DNA of 64,000 nt. It comes from Utricularia gibba (Eukaryota; Plantae; Magnoliophyta). A model generated the notes under the pieces. The model saw only the letters and a program-made list of their open reading frames with translations. It searched no databases and had not been told where the DNA came from. Each line of letters starts with the position of its first letter. The stretch's first letter is position 1. Shown in pieces: positions 11,370 to 25,760 of this stretch. Location of the stretch: the NCBI GenBank assembly GCA_002189035.1, contig NEEC01000002.1, positions 1,736,001 through 1,800,000 of the forward strand, read 5' to 3'. A program made the position numbers and the translations under genes.

Positions 11370-14300
11370 CTATGCGAAAACGAAGACCCCTTTGTCTGAG
11401 TTTATCATCCTTTTAGCAGCACCAGATCCAACTATTCTTTCAAGCTTTCACATCATCACAGAAACGCAACCAAATCTCATCAAGGGCCTGAAAATGTGTG
11501 CATATTAAACAACATGGTGATGGATCAATTACCCGAAAATGATCCAGGCGAGAAAATAACACTCTGCAGTTCATACTGTCCGATCCCTCGAGAAAATTCA
11601 CGATCTGCAAGAGTATGGTGGAATATTATCACTGTAACCGATGACCAACTAATCAAGATAAGTGAGGATGAGAAGGTTAATCAGTTAGTTACCTCTGGGT
11701 AAAACTCTTTCCTCTCTGGCAAGGAATAAATTACCAGATTCTTGACTCCACGAATCTACCAAGATAAAACCCGTCAAAACTACTGGCATGATGGTAACAA
11801 TGGAGATCCCCGACAGCAAGTTCGCTAACAAGCACATCGCAGAGCAGCATATCGAGTTTTTCACAGTAACAGATTTTTCATCATAAAATCATTGTGTTGA
11901 AAAATAAACATTTCTGAGGCAAAAAAATGGAACAACACTCTCGTTATTGAAAGAAAACACTACCTTGTAACGATAGTAGAAATGGGCTCTTTCCGTGTAC
12001 AGCATCATTTTCTTTTCTCCCTAAAAAACTTGCCTCTCACATGTGATATATCATCTCTTTGTATATACCTGCAGAGAGAATAATAATAATTAATGAGAGA
12101 CGATTTCATGTCATGAAATGAAACCCAGAAAAGAGCAATGACGATTTCTCAGGTAGCCAACAATAAGATCTACTTACTCTCCAAACAAGCAGAATGACGC
12201 AGCTTGTGACTTCAAATAGTTCCGGAGACGAACATATTCGAAATATGAGCTAGCAAAAATCATCACACCACCCTACATTGGGATGAGGGCAAGTCAATGC
12301 TGAGTCAGGCAATAGAAAAGTTAGACATTAGATGATTTACACTACCTGAGAAGAGCCATTGATTGCTGGGAACACCTGAACAATAACAGATGATCGAAAT
12401 TACCTTGATCATTTATGAAGAAATAGATCAAGGACAACATACGATCATATACCTTTTCGCAGAAATATTTAAGACGGGCATCATCAGCCTCAATTATAGA
12501 ATCCGTATCAAAACGCTCATAAATCTGCATGACCAATGCGACAGTAACGTATGTCAACGTGCATGTTATTGCAATCACTTCCATGGATGATGACAGCAAC
12601 CAAAACCCACACCTGTCTAGCTTGGCTTAATACTTTTCGAAGGACACCCTTATACGTGCACTCCAATTTGACCTGGGAAATTTGAGTTTTGCATAAATGC
12701 CAATGTAACGCACAGACTCCACAATAAAGGGGATTCTTAAGGATGTACATATATACTAAGAAAAATATGACAAACAGAAAATAAGGCCTAGTGGTTTTCC
12801 CCTAGTTTCAGTAGCGTTTAAAATTGCACTAACGCCCAGTAATTGTTCAAACCTTTCCTTGGTGATTAATACAGAGCCGGTTAAACATGGCATTCAGTTC
12901 TGCAGAAGCCAAAGCAAATGTAAAGGTATGAAATGCTCACTACCATAAAGTGATGAGTTAAAGTGACAGCGAGACTGCAATCATTAGGCATATGCTTCAA
13001 TAAAAGTACAGTAATGAAAAAAGGCAACTTGAAGGTCAGAAAGCAACATAATCAAACGGCATCATTTTCAATTGTCTTTAGCATCATATAAACATGAGCA
13101 TAATATCACTGCAGGAATGCATAGACGCTATCATTACCTGGATGAATATGAGAACTTAAAATTATGGATTGCCGATAAAACCGTGCATGGTCATCTAAAA
13201 ACCTACAGATGTACAAATCCGATGTCAGGCTAACATCATACTCAAAACTTAATGAGTTCAAACTCATCCGATCAATCAGAAACCTTAACAAGAGCTCCAA
13301 TTACATACAAACATACCAGGGTCTTATGCGCATGATGTCTGTTCCATGCTGGTTTGAGGGGAGTCTATTCAAATGTTCAACAACTGTAACTACATGGGAC
13401 CAATTCTGCAAGAAATCGACAGTCACGAAAAGAACATGTACAGTAAAAAAAGATATTACTTACCTGCATAAGCATGATATCAGCATGGTCAATAATTAAA
13501 ATCTGTCATATGCAAAATACCCAGTTGATAACTGCAAGCTTGAAACATCATAACATACTATATGATACCATTATAATTTGCTTACTTCTATGGAAGAAAG
13601 ATAATCTACATCCTTTCCCTTGTCCATCTCTGCCTCCCCAATTTTCTGAAATCACAAAAGAGATAGAAAATCACATTTCACAGGCAGCAAAGCACGCGTT
13701 AACAATACATATAATCATGATAGAAGCAATATCTGTGGTAGAATGCGAAATTTGAAAGGGACATCACTTTGACTTAGTTTTAATGTACACCTTTTAAAGT
13801 GTTTAGATCAGTAAACTTATAGTTGTAAGCGATGCAATCACATTTAACTTATTTTAAAAACATTACAGTGATCAACCCTAGAGGTGAAGCAACAATCAGG
13901 TCTGAAGTATAGAAATCAGCATACAGCTTTAGGTCCCTGCAGAAAAGCAATCAAAACCATTGATTATTGCACATCACTTCAAACAGCAAAATCACTTTTA
14001 GTTGCTGGTTTTCAGATGTTACAAAGTTTTGAGTACCTATTCGTAAACTTAATTCCCATCACAAAGTGATCATTGTCATTCTCCTCTCCTAGTAATGCTT
14101 CAAAATCAGGAGGTTTAGTAGCTTTTTTTATTTTGGAAATTTCTGCATCGTCACTTTCTTCCTGAGCCTCAGTCTTCCCTGAACCAAACTCCTTGTAAAA
14201 ATGCTCCAAATTGTCCACATTAACCTGTTCATAAAAAATGAACGAGCTCAGGGCACCCAAATAGCATCACCCTAAGTACTACTCCACTTGTCTTAAGGCA

Positions 14301-17216
14301 GTATTAAATCTTCTGAGAAGGCTTCACCTAATAATGGAAGACTTAACCTTCTATTTCCGAGCAAACCAATCTGCTGTGTCATAGAACTAAAGGAACTTGA
14401 AGAGAAAGATAGATTACCCTGTGCTTCAATGGGGTGAGCTTGATCAATCTTGTGACAGTTCTGCGTGCAATTCCAGCTAATGGCAAAAGGATCAGAACCT
14501 AAACAAAAACATGGCTGAGAAGCACCAAAAGATGGAGCAAGGCATGACATACAAAAAAAAAACTACAGAAAACGCAAGGCATGAGCTTGGAGGGTGCACA
14601 GACTTTATTACAATTACTGGCATATGATCAACACCGCTTAGCTCATCGCCCCTAAAAGTACGAAATACCTTGGGGCGTGTAAATCCACGATCTAAGTGCA
14701 TATCACCAACACTACAGTTGCTCTCCAACAATGACTCATTTCTAACGAGCTGCTTCTCATTTTTCGCAACAAGATCTTTGCTTTTGAGAATATGATTTAA
14801 CTGCATAGATTATTTTCAATGAACCAGAGAAGATGCCAAGATTTGTAACATTAAATCTAACTGATGTCTCCATAAAGACATCATGCGAAGCTGTGTCTGA
14901 AGGAATACATACACAATGTAAGAGATATGCATCCAAAACACTTGAATCTTCTTCCATCCCTTTGAGGTAAAACGGCTTCTTGTTATGGTGCATTATATCA
15001 TAATAGCTGTTGCCTAATAGAAAATACAGGGAAATGTTAATTCATAAATGATAAAGCATAAACTCACCTTTCACCAAAATTTAATGTATTTACTAACACA
15101 GAGAGAGAAATGGCAATCGAGCGGACTTGTGCAATTCACTGCTTCCAGATGCTTTTGAAGATTCCAAAAAATGTTGGTATAACTTCGGCTTGATGCCATC
15201 AAAGGAATCCACATTCCACCCCTACAGGTAGAGTCACAGGCACTAAAACCTCAATAGTAGAAGAGAGGCATCATAGCAGGTACTCGTAAAGTCTGTTGCA
15301 ATCATAGCAGGTACTAAAGTCTCCGAGAGGGCAATATGTTGGAACTTAATCACTTTGGCTCATAACATACAAGTGAATGAAATAGGGAACCTGAAGTTAT
15401 TTTCCTGCCCATTGTAAATTTTAGCAGAAGACGGTTTCATTGATTGATTTGATTTCTCCAAATTTTAGGATGGATATTGACAACAATTCAACATAAAAAA
15501 AACACATAGTTTATTACGGCTAATTGCATGAATTATACATAATTTAAAAGAACAAAGAATAATTACACAAAAGCTATCAAATTCACGAAAGTTAAAGAGA
15601 AGCAAGGGTAGGAACCTCCATGAAGCATTTTCCTGTTCCCCTCCAGTAGCAATTTGCCAGATTAAGAGCAGGAATTTTCCATGTGTACTTCCATTTTCTT
15701 TCTAGAAGAGCATTAACTTCTGCAGGTGATAGTTTGTGACACAAATGATTGTGAAAGGAACTGCAACAAAAAGTAAATACATTAGTCAGGTTAAATAGTC
15801 AAAGAACTACGATATTTTGGGATTTCACAAACCAAAACAATACATACATTTACAGAATTGGAAGTCTCAAACGATAGGTTACTCATTAACAAAAAGTCAC
15901 CAGACTGAAAACTAATCCCCTTAAACTTTACCACACCACACTAACAGGCAACCAAAATTGAAAATGTTCTGTTCATGAGTGTGTGCAGAAGATGCATTGC
16001 TGTCATGCAGCTATAAACCTAACAATATAGCAAAATCTATAGCATCAATGGAATATGGCAGGAATCAAATGTGTTCCGTAAATTAAAAAAATACATCTTT
16101 TGATCACGTACTCGCCTGAAGGGGTGGCATCATCTTCAACCAGATTTTCTTCATCTGTTTCAGAAAATATATCATCATCATCATCTCCTTCCACTTCTTC
16201 TGGCTGAACACTATCTTTACTGCTAACTCTGAATTCATGATTTTTCGAAAACACAACATCACCTGATAAATTTACATCAGAGAAAATTAGAAGAAGATAA
16301 CGAACTTCGACTTTGAAGAGTTAAAGACCCAAAAACAAGATAAAATTTATGATAAACACTAGATACATCAAAAACAGAGTTTTTCATTAGAGACCTCACA
16401 GACAATGAGCTATTTACACATGGTAAAAATAGCTTAAGAAATGAAGAATAAATATATAATATTGTAGTCAATATAATCATACCATCATCATTCTCCTCTG
16501 ATTCACTGAGATATTGACTGCTGCCTTCATCTTCATCTGTGGCACTCTTTCCTTGTTCTTCTTGCTGTCTACCATCATAAAAAAGGCATTCAGAGCCATA
16601 ACATCATTATTTATACATTAGAGGGTCCAAAAAGAATAGAGCATTACAAGAAAATCATGACGATGCGTAGCCATATACTAATAAACAACTGGTATAAAAG
16701 AATCAGCTTAACCTCCTTTTAAGTGCAATTGAAACTGGCCTATTATGCTTCCCTAGTTTCTTCAACAACTGATCATACATCGTAGACTCTCTATTGGGAT
16801 CCTCGTCATTTTTCGCATCTAAATCATGGTCGATGTCTTCCTCGCTGAGTTTCCCTGTTTTTTTAATTTGATAAGGCCCAAATAAAATAGAAGTCCCTCA
16901 ATAAATACGGCTTGACGTTCAGGGGTGGAAGACAGCCTACTGAAACAAAAATGGCACAATTTTTATTTTAGACCAACTTGCCTGAGCCATTATTCTCCGC
17001 CGAAAACTTTACTTCATCTTTCAAGAGCCCCTTCTGTGGCACTTTCTTTGCTTTGCAGGATTTTAAAATCCCTAAACACGTACACATTAAAAAAACCAAT
17101 GTGTAAAACTACACTAAAAGAACTTGTTCCTAACTCCAGATGTTACACGCACCTTTAGCCATATTTTTCGACTTAGATGATAAAAATGTGTCTGTGCGCC
17201 GTCGCTTTATCGGCAT
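11370..17216 (-). CDS. UTP25: U3 snoRNA-associated protein 25 (UTP25/DEF/NOF1), >20 exons; one apparent 1-nt frameshift near 12008-12028
   Basis: Spliced exons give MPIKRRR..., an acidic tract, RGFTRPKVLILLP, DFEALL...[72 protein letters not shown] and LERIVGSGAAKRMINSDKGVFVFA*. Stop at 11370-11372. Confidence 0.9.
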
Positions 17217-17803
17217 CTTCCTGAGCTCTTAGTGGCGAAGATTGCAAGATTAAGGTTGGCGAGTAGGGGCCTTTCTTTTCGGGCAAACGCAGGAAGAGAC
17301 AAAAGCTACAAACACAGTATACTTCAGAAAAGCCACAACTCCAAAAGTTTCTGAAAAACCCAGATACAGGAAACCAAAGTATGGCCACTAGCATCAACAA
17401 ACGCATAGAAGTTCCAAGAAACAAAGCCATGATCCTGAATCCCATGTAACGCCAATAATAATCAACAATCCCACTCGACGCGGCAAACGACTTCATTACC
17501 AACGCATGAAACTGGAAAACTCTGCAATCCAATTCCCCGAAAGAAAGAGCGAACAACAAATAGATTACCTTCAGGGAGAAGACAGAAAAAATTGCAAGCC
17601 TCAAAACTCCGAAACAACAGGCGGGAGACCTAAATCCCTTAAATAACTTTCTGGGCTTTTCTCCCTAGAAACGTATTCCGCCAGAGGCCCAATACATTAC
17701 CCTCGAAAAAAGCCAGTATTTATAACAATCAATTTATATTAGAAACAAAAATGAGTTTCATGTGACAAGAGAACGTTTTTACGCTACTTTATTTACACAC
17801 TTA

Positions 17804-18046
17804 GTCCTTATTTGATATGAAGATATAAGGTTGGTTTATAATGGATTTAATAAAATTATGTTGTTTGGTATGCAAGATATAATAAAATTATACCAATTAT
17901 ACGAGTATAATTATATGTATATATTATCCTCATATGTGATTATATTATACCCAATGATTAGATGTGGGTATTTTTATACCTAATATTTGGATTTATCCAA
18001 ATAATTTAAATCTATCAATATCTAAATATACCAATCAAACAAAACA
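17804..18046. mobile_element. Degenerate Tourist/Harbinger-like MITE remnant
   Basis: TTA followed by GTCCTTATTTGAT at 17804 and ATCAAACAAAAC near 18034-18045 resemble the TIR of the element at 60044. Interior is AT-rich; the right TSD is not clean. Confidence 0.35.
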
Positions 18047-21000
18047 GTAGACAAAAAATTTACAATAGGTTAACTATTTTTTTCATACAATCTCTGGAAT
18101 ATGGCCACTTTTCTAATTTATCCATTGTTAATATTGGGTTTTCAAAAATCATTGGACCAAACCCCTTTGAATCTTGGTGCAAATGAGGTTCATTTACTGC
18201 AAAATATGGAAGTTTGGGAGAGTGACACATCGGGACGATCCATGTGACACGCTAGACAGAATAATTAACTCTACGAGCTTTGTCCTGAAATTTATTGGTG
18301 TCTGCATGGGCCAAGACAGCGTGACCTGGCCCCTTCTTTTGCTAGTTTCTAACACCGTCCAACGTGTTACTTTCTTTTCTACCCTATGCCATGTACACTA
18401 TTCATAGTTTCTATATAATATATACAGAGAATGAAATGTAGGATGATTATTCTTCTAATGATTAAATAATATGCTTGTTTGATAAGTATTAAAAATTGAA
18501 TTTTTGATTATTAAAAAAATTTTAAAATGAAAATATTGGGTCTGCGCGTGCTGCTATGAACATAACTTTTTCAAGCAACTACAATTTTGTCGCCGTTTTT
18601 AATTTTTAAAAGTACGAAAAAATTAGCAAGCGGGTGATACAACGAGGCTTGGGAGGTGTACGTTGGAGGCGTTGACGAAAGTCAACCACTAACGGTAAGA
18701 ACTGTTTCTATGCACGCGCAGTCATAGATCCACGCGCTTCAATGATTTGAAGCTGCGGTGCGCTTTGTTAAATGGTGTCAATTCACCATTTTTTAAAATA
18801 ACAAATTAAATTCGAATATATTTAAATAATTATTTTTATTTTTCGAAATGTTTTTTGAATGCTTATTATTGTGCAGATTAATTCTCATATTTCTCACATG
18901 ATGATAATACCCTTCTCATTTTTTTTTAAAAAAAACGAAATAAACATTGTAGATATTTTATATTTAAAAAAGGCGTCGAAAGAGATACTTAAATCACTGG
19001 AAATTCCACTACTTCAAAATTTCAATTTTATTATTTTTTATTTTTAAATGCGAGTTGGGTGCGGTGCTGGTCTAAAGAAACAGCGCGCCACTTTGACCCA
19101 CCATGATTGATTCACGCGCGCCTGTTTCCATTCCCACTTGTTAAGATTTAAGATGATTTACATAGAATTAAAGCATTATCCAAAATTTCCAAAACCTATT
19201 TTTATTTATCCAAAAATTAATTTTAAAAATATAAATATTTTTTAAAAGTAGAAATAAAAGTGAAGATGTTCTAGACAAATTTCTAAAAATTGATTTTTTG
19301 GTTGAATGGAGTAAAATGAAAAATCAATAGTGTTATGTATATAAATAAATTTTTATTTGTGTAAAATTATAAAGGATAGAACATAGCTTTAGAGTGATCA
19401 TGATTTTAGGTTGTATAAAATGATTCAATTTTCTATTGAGAACATAAAGGAAATTAACATAATGATTTCAAAATTGTTATATATTATTCCTAATTTGCTT
19501 TGTTTAGAACCAGTATTCTAAATCTTGATATTAAACAAGGGTTAAATTTGTTTCAATTTGAATCTATGATTTTTTTAATTCGATTCAATTTACTATAAAA
19601 AATGATTCAACTCAAAATTATAAATATATCAGACAATGTAACATCAAAACTTCTTCACAATATTGAAAGCAATCATACTTTATGAATCAAAACAATATAT
19701 TCAAATAAAAATCTTAATGATTGTACTTTGATATTTTAGAATTAGGTTTTAATTTTAGAAAATGAGTTTGGTTGGGTGAATTATAAAAGTGAAAAAAACG
19801 TAAAGTTTTTGTACAAATGGGTATAATTAATTTTCTAAATTAGCCAAGTCTGGTTAGGTAAACGTCAGATATCAATTAATACATGCCATATTTATTTACA
19901 ATATTAATTTTTTTCCATATTTAATAAAAATTTTAGTATTTCTAATTATAGCATTAATGTAATACATTCGTAATTTTATCTATTTTAGAATAGAATCTCT
20001 AATGATTATTTTGTTTTAAAGCCTTTTATACATTTAGTATAGTAGTATTCAAATGCAAATTAACATTAAAAACGAATTTAATTTTGGAAAATGACTATTT
20101 TGTTGTTGCAGAATTTCGAATGTTACTCCCCACGCGCTACAATCCGCGGGTGGGGATATTTTGACATACGCGATGGTAAAAAATAGCAGGCTGTAGTGTG
20201 ATGATGTTTCTTATTTGCGTCCGTTTGGCCTCAGAGTGGAGCCGGAGGATTCAAGAACAGCAGCAACGCTCTCTCTTCATCTCCGTTTCATCCTCTCCTT
20301 CTGCAATCCCTCTCATTACACCATACAAATCCTCCACCGAAACGAATACACGCGCTACACACGCCGCCTGAGCTTCCGATCCTGCCATTCGATCTGCGGA
20401 ATCGGTGCCCCCACATCGTATATACTCTTCTCCCTTTTGTTGTGATTCGCCTGGATTTTGTGTGTTGATCCATCAACCCCCTCCCCACCTTACCCAGAAC
20501 CCCGTCTGATTTCTGACGACACCAAAAACTAGAGCTTTTGTATCTGCATTTGGGGCCAGGGAAAGAGACTTTGAAACTTTCAACTTCAGGATTCCCATCC
20601 CTGTTTCATATTTTTTGACTATTTAATCAGGTTTTTTTATTCTCCAATTCGTCAAAAATCTACGCCTTGAGTTGTTGCTGTTGATGATTTGAACAGGGTG
20701 TTGTTTGAAATGTGTTGTCGGGGCGTAGGATTAGAGAGTAGGGGGTACTTTAATGCATTGTTGGGCTGCATTTTGTCGTCACTGTGACTCATGATAAGGT
20801 ATTACTTTTTTCGTTTGTGGTCAATCATAACTGGAATTTCTCGGCCGGATTGAATTCTTGAGTTGGAATTCTGGGTTTGATTAATCTGGGCGCTTTTGAC
20901 TTTTGCATTTTGCATACTTTTCGCCAATGGTTCTTTAAATTGTTATCGGGGAGATTCTCTTTTAAGTTGGCCAATTTGAAATTTCGAACCTTTCTTATGC

Positions 21001-21553
21001 AACATCGTTTTCAATGCGTGGGTTTGATTTCTGTCGAGCCTTGATTCTTTTAATGTTGTGTCAATGGGATCTAGAGTCTGGTGATTTCTTTCGAAAGCCG
21101 GTCAGTCAACATTTCTAATTTTCGCTTTCCGTTTGCATGTTCTTCCTCCTCATTGACTCTGTGGGTGACCCTATTCCAAGGCCTAATTTTCATGATTTTC
21201 TGTGCCTTGAATGCTACTCTTGGTGCTTTTACTTCTGAATAGCCCATCTATCTGCTTTTAAGTAACTTTTCGTGCTTCTTGGATCACACGTTTACCTGTG
21301 TTGTAGGCTTGTAGTCATCAAAATTTTGGAAGTTTCTACTGCATTTGATATGATTTAAAATTGTTTTTAATTCACCAAATAACTCAGTTTCTCGAACCGG
21401 TTATTATTCTCTCTTGTTTGCAGGATCAGGTTTTTACCAGAGATAAGACTTGGCGATCTTCGTTTGTCTCTTGGAATAGGTACTCCAGTTGGGGAAGGTG
21501 GTGCAAGAATACTGAACTTTTAATGTTAATAGAAGTCTAATGAAAATTTATTG

Positions 21554-24306
21554 ATGAAGTCAGCTCAGGCGTGGCATCCAGGCATGAAAGATATGTCAAT
21601 GTTGCCTGGGCCTCGCCATCGTGGTCATATAAGGAAGCCAACTTGGATCATTGTTTTGGTTTCCATGATATGCATGTTCTTGGTTTGTGCTTACGTTTAT
21701 CCGCCCCAGAGCTCTACTTCTTGTTATATCTTCTCATCACATGGCTGTAAGGCATTCCAAAGGTGGCTTCCACCAAAACCTGCACGGGTGCTAAGTGATG
21801 ATGAAGTTGCTTCACGAGTTGTAATAAGAGATGTATTGAACATGCCTCCATCTTTATCAAGCCTGCCAAAAATTGCATTTCTATTTCTGACTCCCGGGGC
21901 ATTGCCATTTGAAAAGCTATGGGATAAATTTTTCCAGGTACCCGCAGTTTTTATACAGTTCTAAAATAGCATAATGATCTCGTAGACTCACTTTTCTTCT
22001 TATGAGTAATGCAATTAACCTCAGCATTCTAACACTCAAATGTTTTTTTGAGTCAGTTTATCTCCAGCATGGACTTAGCTCGTACTTGGGTTGTTTCTAG
22101 CGGATCAAAGTATATTGTTTATGCACCTAACTGAAGCTTGTTTTTTTTTTTAATTCTTCATCTTGGTATAACAGTAAATGCTTGCATAATGATCCACATT
22201 ATAGAGTTTCACATATTTATGATATGGACAAAATTAAACGAAAGAGGGTGAGGTGCTAGTCTAGTTGGTAGAGTAATGATTAATGCCTTTTTTGATAGTC
22301 AAGCTATGATCTCTCCGTAAAAATTTCTATGAGTGTGTTCTCTCTAGCTGATAACAAAATGGGAAATATATTCTTTTTCCATTGAAGGTAAGAAGAGCAA
22401 CATTCAGTTTATTTATATCTTTCCAGCTTCGTGTAGTTGAGATTCATGTACTCAATGAATTATTTTTAAATCATCTAATTTCCCTTTTCTTATCCCACAG
22501 GGTCACGAAGGTAGATTTTCTGTCTATGTGCATGCATCCAAGGATAAACCTGTACATTATAGCCGCTATTTTATCAATCGAGAGATTCGTAGCGACAAGG
22601 TGGTTAACTTGTTCTTTGTTCTTATGCACCAAAACTGGTAATTTAGGAAACTTTTTTGCCAGATTAAGTTTTCAAATTTATGTATATCATTGATGCATCA
22701 TTTAATAGCATGAAACCCAGGAGGAACCAGCTTCATCTCCCTCAAAGTGACACTTTGCCATTCTAGAATTTTGATCTTGTTCCCAATCCTTTGGGATGGG
22801 CATCAAGTGGAACCATGACTCTCATTGTCTCACATCTGCAGGTAGAATGGGGTAAAATCTCAATGGTTGATGCAGAAAGGAGGCTTTTAGCCCATGCACT
22901 CAAGGACCCTGACAACCAGCATTTTGTTCTGCTCTCGGACAGGTTCAATGAGCATAGTTTGCTGTCAACTTCTTCACGTTATTTTAATATACTGTTAGAC
23001 AGAAAATAACATTTTTTATTCTGTGCTGCAGCTGCATACCACTTCGGCATTTCGATTTTGTGTACAACTATCTGTTGTACACTAACGTTAGTTTTATAGA
23101 TTGGTAAGTTGCTGTACTTGGAATGTGAAGTTTTTAGTCAGACAGTTTGTAGTGCAGTTTATTCTGTGGATTTTCAAAATATAAATTGTAAGGTTGTAGA
23201 CCCAATTCAGTGTTGATCACATAGCACATCAATGCAGCTTTGAGGATCCTGGTGTACATGGAAGTGGCAGATACAGTGAGCACATGCTCCCGGAGGTTGA
23301 AAAGAAGGACTTCCGCAAGGGTTCACAGGTATTTTCAATGAAAGCTACTTTGTTAACTAATTGCATAACCATGGAAGCAAACAGCTCCAATTCCTATTGA
23401 TGCAAGGCACTGAAACACCAGACATCATATCTGTCTTTGAATGATACAGTGGTTCACGATGAAACGACAGCATGCCATTATCATCATGGCTGACAGCTTG
23501 TACTACACAAAATTTCGAGATTACTGCAGGGTACTCTTGAGTTTCTTTAAGAAAATGTTTCTCATTTACTACTGACTCATGTTCGTATGTTCATATTTTC
23601 ATTTGAAGACCATATGGCACATCTACTGACCTACTCTTTTCCATCTATTCCTTTGAACAGCCAGGCATGGAACAAGATCGCAATTGCTACTCTGATGAGC
23701 ATTATCTGCCTACATTCTTTTATGTGAGATTCTTTTTCCCCATCTCATTCTCCTCATTCATCTTATCTGTTAGAATGGCATGCTCACATAATGGGTTTTA
23801 GATGCTTGATCCATCTGGAATAGCTAATTGGTCGGTGACACATGTTGATTGGTCTGAAGGCAAGTGGCATCCCAAATCATACACAGCGAAGGATGTGACC
23901 TTTGAGCTTATGAGAAATATTACAGTATGAAACCATCCCTTTCCCGCTCTTCCTTTCAATTTTGCTTACACTTGGGGCTCATCCTTCATTTCTTTATATA
24001 GCTTAATTCTTCATGGAATGCTAGTTTTATTTTCTTTCCATGTTCTGTTGCAGTCTGTGATGGAAAGCGTGCATGTTACTAGCGAAAAAGTGGTAAGCAC
24101 CTAGTTTACAGTCTCTGTTCTTGGTGTGAGCCTTTGTCTCAGTCGTATGAATACACATTTTTTCCGCTGCAATGCAGAAGCAAACTCAAATTAGGCGATG
24201 CGTGTGGAACGGAAGCCAGCGGCCATGTTATCTGTTTGGCAGGAAATTTCTACCTGAAACTCTTGACGTTTTGCTTCAACTCTTCACGAACTACACATCC
24301 GTGTAG
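21554..24306 (+). CDS. Core-2/I-branching beta-1,6-N-acetylglucosaminyltransferase family (DUF266, GT14-like/BC10-like), 10 exons
   Basis: Exons 21554-21937, 22501-22599, 22842-22942, 23032-23103, 23238-23328, 23450-23530, 23661-23723, 23802-23924, 24054-24092, 24178-24306. N-terminal TM (WIIVLVSMICMFLVCAYVYPP), KIAFLFLTPGALPFEKLW, VEWGKISMVDAERRLLAHAL, SDEHYLPTF, THVDWSEGKWHPK. A 5'-leader intron ends at about 21423. Confidence 0.92.
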
Positions 24307-24955
24307 TGTGATGAATACAACTCCATTCGTGATTGATTCTTTGGTCGACTACCCTATTATGCACATCCCAGCCCTCTTTACATTAGCTATGGTTGTTTCC
24401 AAGTGCAAGTGGGACATGGCAGAGAATGCAGCACCATCTATATGGCAAGTGTGTGAAGATCACACTGTGTTTCCAACCCTGGTTGCTGCAGAGACAATCT
24501 TCAGAGGGGGAGCGCAACAATCTAGACACATTGTACAAGGGGATGGTTGTCTCCCATTGTGTTATGCTTTAATTCCTTCTGATTGTTTCATTAAATTTTT
24601 CTGGGTTCATCGGAACTGCTTATGTAGTTTTTAAGAGCTGTACGTGAATATACCCTGTCCTATTGTTGGAACATTTTGACTTTGGCCACCTTCTGTATTC
24701 AGTTTTTGTGAATGTTAGTGTCAGCCAATGATGGATTGTTGAAAGTTGAGGATGTTATCTATGGATAACACAGAGAAAACCAATAGCATTGAACTTGAAG
24801 AGTATTACATCTGTAACTTCTGTGTTGTCATTCTGAAGCTAAGGATAAGCAGTTAGCTTCATGTAAAAGCCACCTCTGAAGATTCAGCACAGAACGAACA
24901 GCAGACACATTACCTGATCAAAAAATCAGCTGGTTTCCATCACAGTTGCCTTCAC

Positions 24956-25760
24956 TCAATGCGCCAATGCTCCAAACTCCTGTGGTGGCCATACCTGCAA
25001 CACAAAGGAGAGCTTCCTCTGAAGAGATGCAGGAATCTCAAAACAAAAACAACACACAACAAGGGTGGTGCAGGTTAATTTCAAGGCTGAAGAAGTGGCT
25101 CACTCTGAGGAAAACTTTTCCCAGAATCAGTCCACAAGGAACTGGACCAATGTGCCTGGAATCTCTAGATGCATATATGTTATCTCCCTGGATCCAAACA
25201 TGTCCTTTTGGAACCTACCAACCCATAAGCATTCAGTCACACAGAACATGGAAAACTAGCCAAGATGATGCATGTATACGCTATGTGATCAGACTCGACA
25301 TGGGACTTGGTTACCACTGCTGTGTCACAAAGGTCACTGCGGCCAGGATCAACGAGGTAAGTCACTCTATCCCCTTCAACACCAATGATGCGCTTGGCTA
25401 TGGTCTTTCTAGGGTTCTCTGGTGACCGTACCAGAACGACGTCGCCGGGGCCAATTGTGCCAATGATCGGCGACACCTTCTCAACCAGCAAAACGTCACC
25501 GGAGAAATTCAAAGTGGGTAGCATACTCGGCCCAGAAACCTTCACCAATGGCAACAACAACAATCGAATGCAGTTACCTTAAAAATGGTGCAAAATTGGA
25601 AGAAGGGGAAGGAGCGTACTATTGTTGGGGAGCATAGGTATGTGCTGGTAACGTGCAGGATTGAGAAAAATTGGGCGAATGGAATGGATAGGCTCACAAT
25701 TTCCCTCGCTGTTGATCGCCATTGACGAGCGTAGTGCAGCAGCAGCTCCGCGCGTCTCAT
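24956..25760 (-). CDS. IMP1: Mitochondrial inner membrane protease subunit 1 (peptidase S26), 4 exons, 171 aa
   Basis: Exons 25760-25620, 25539-25315, 25214-25104, 24994-24956. Motifs GPSMLPT (catalytic Ser), [14 protein letters not shown] (catalytic Lys), [28 protein letters not shown]. Confidence 0.92.

Noticed and set aside
16105-16120. Possible third GC donor (TCAG|GCGAGT) in UTP25
   Set aside because: The next exon needs phase 2, which the adjacent GT donor (GGCGA|GTACGT) provides.
18525-19140. Possible MULE-like element with a GTTGAC-GAAA-GTCAAC hairpin (~18672-18687)
   Set aside because: Termini match only weakly and there is no TSD. The hairpin lacks the hammerhead CUGAUGA core, so neither a TE nor a ribozyme is supportable.
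22250-22320. tRNA/SINE-like A box (TAGTCTAGTTGGTAGAG) in a GT14 intron
   Set aside because: No B box, cloverleaf, poly-A tail or TSD.
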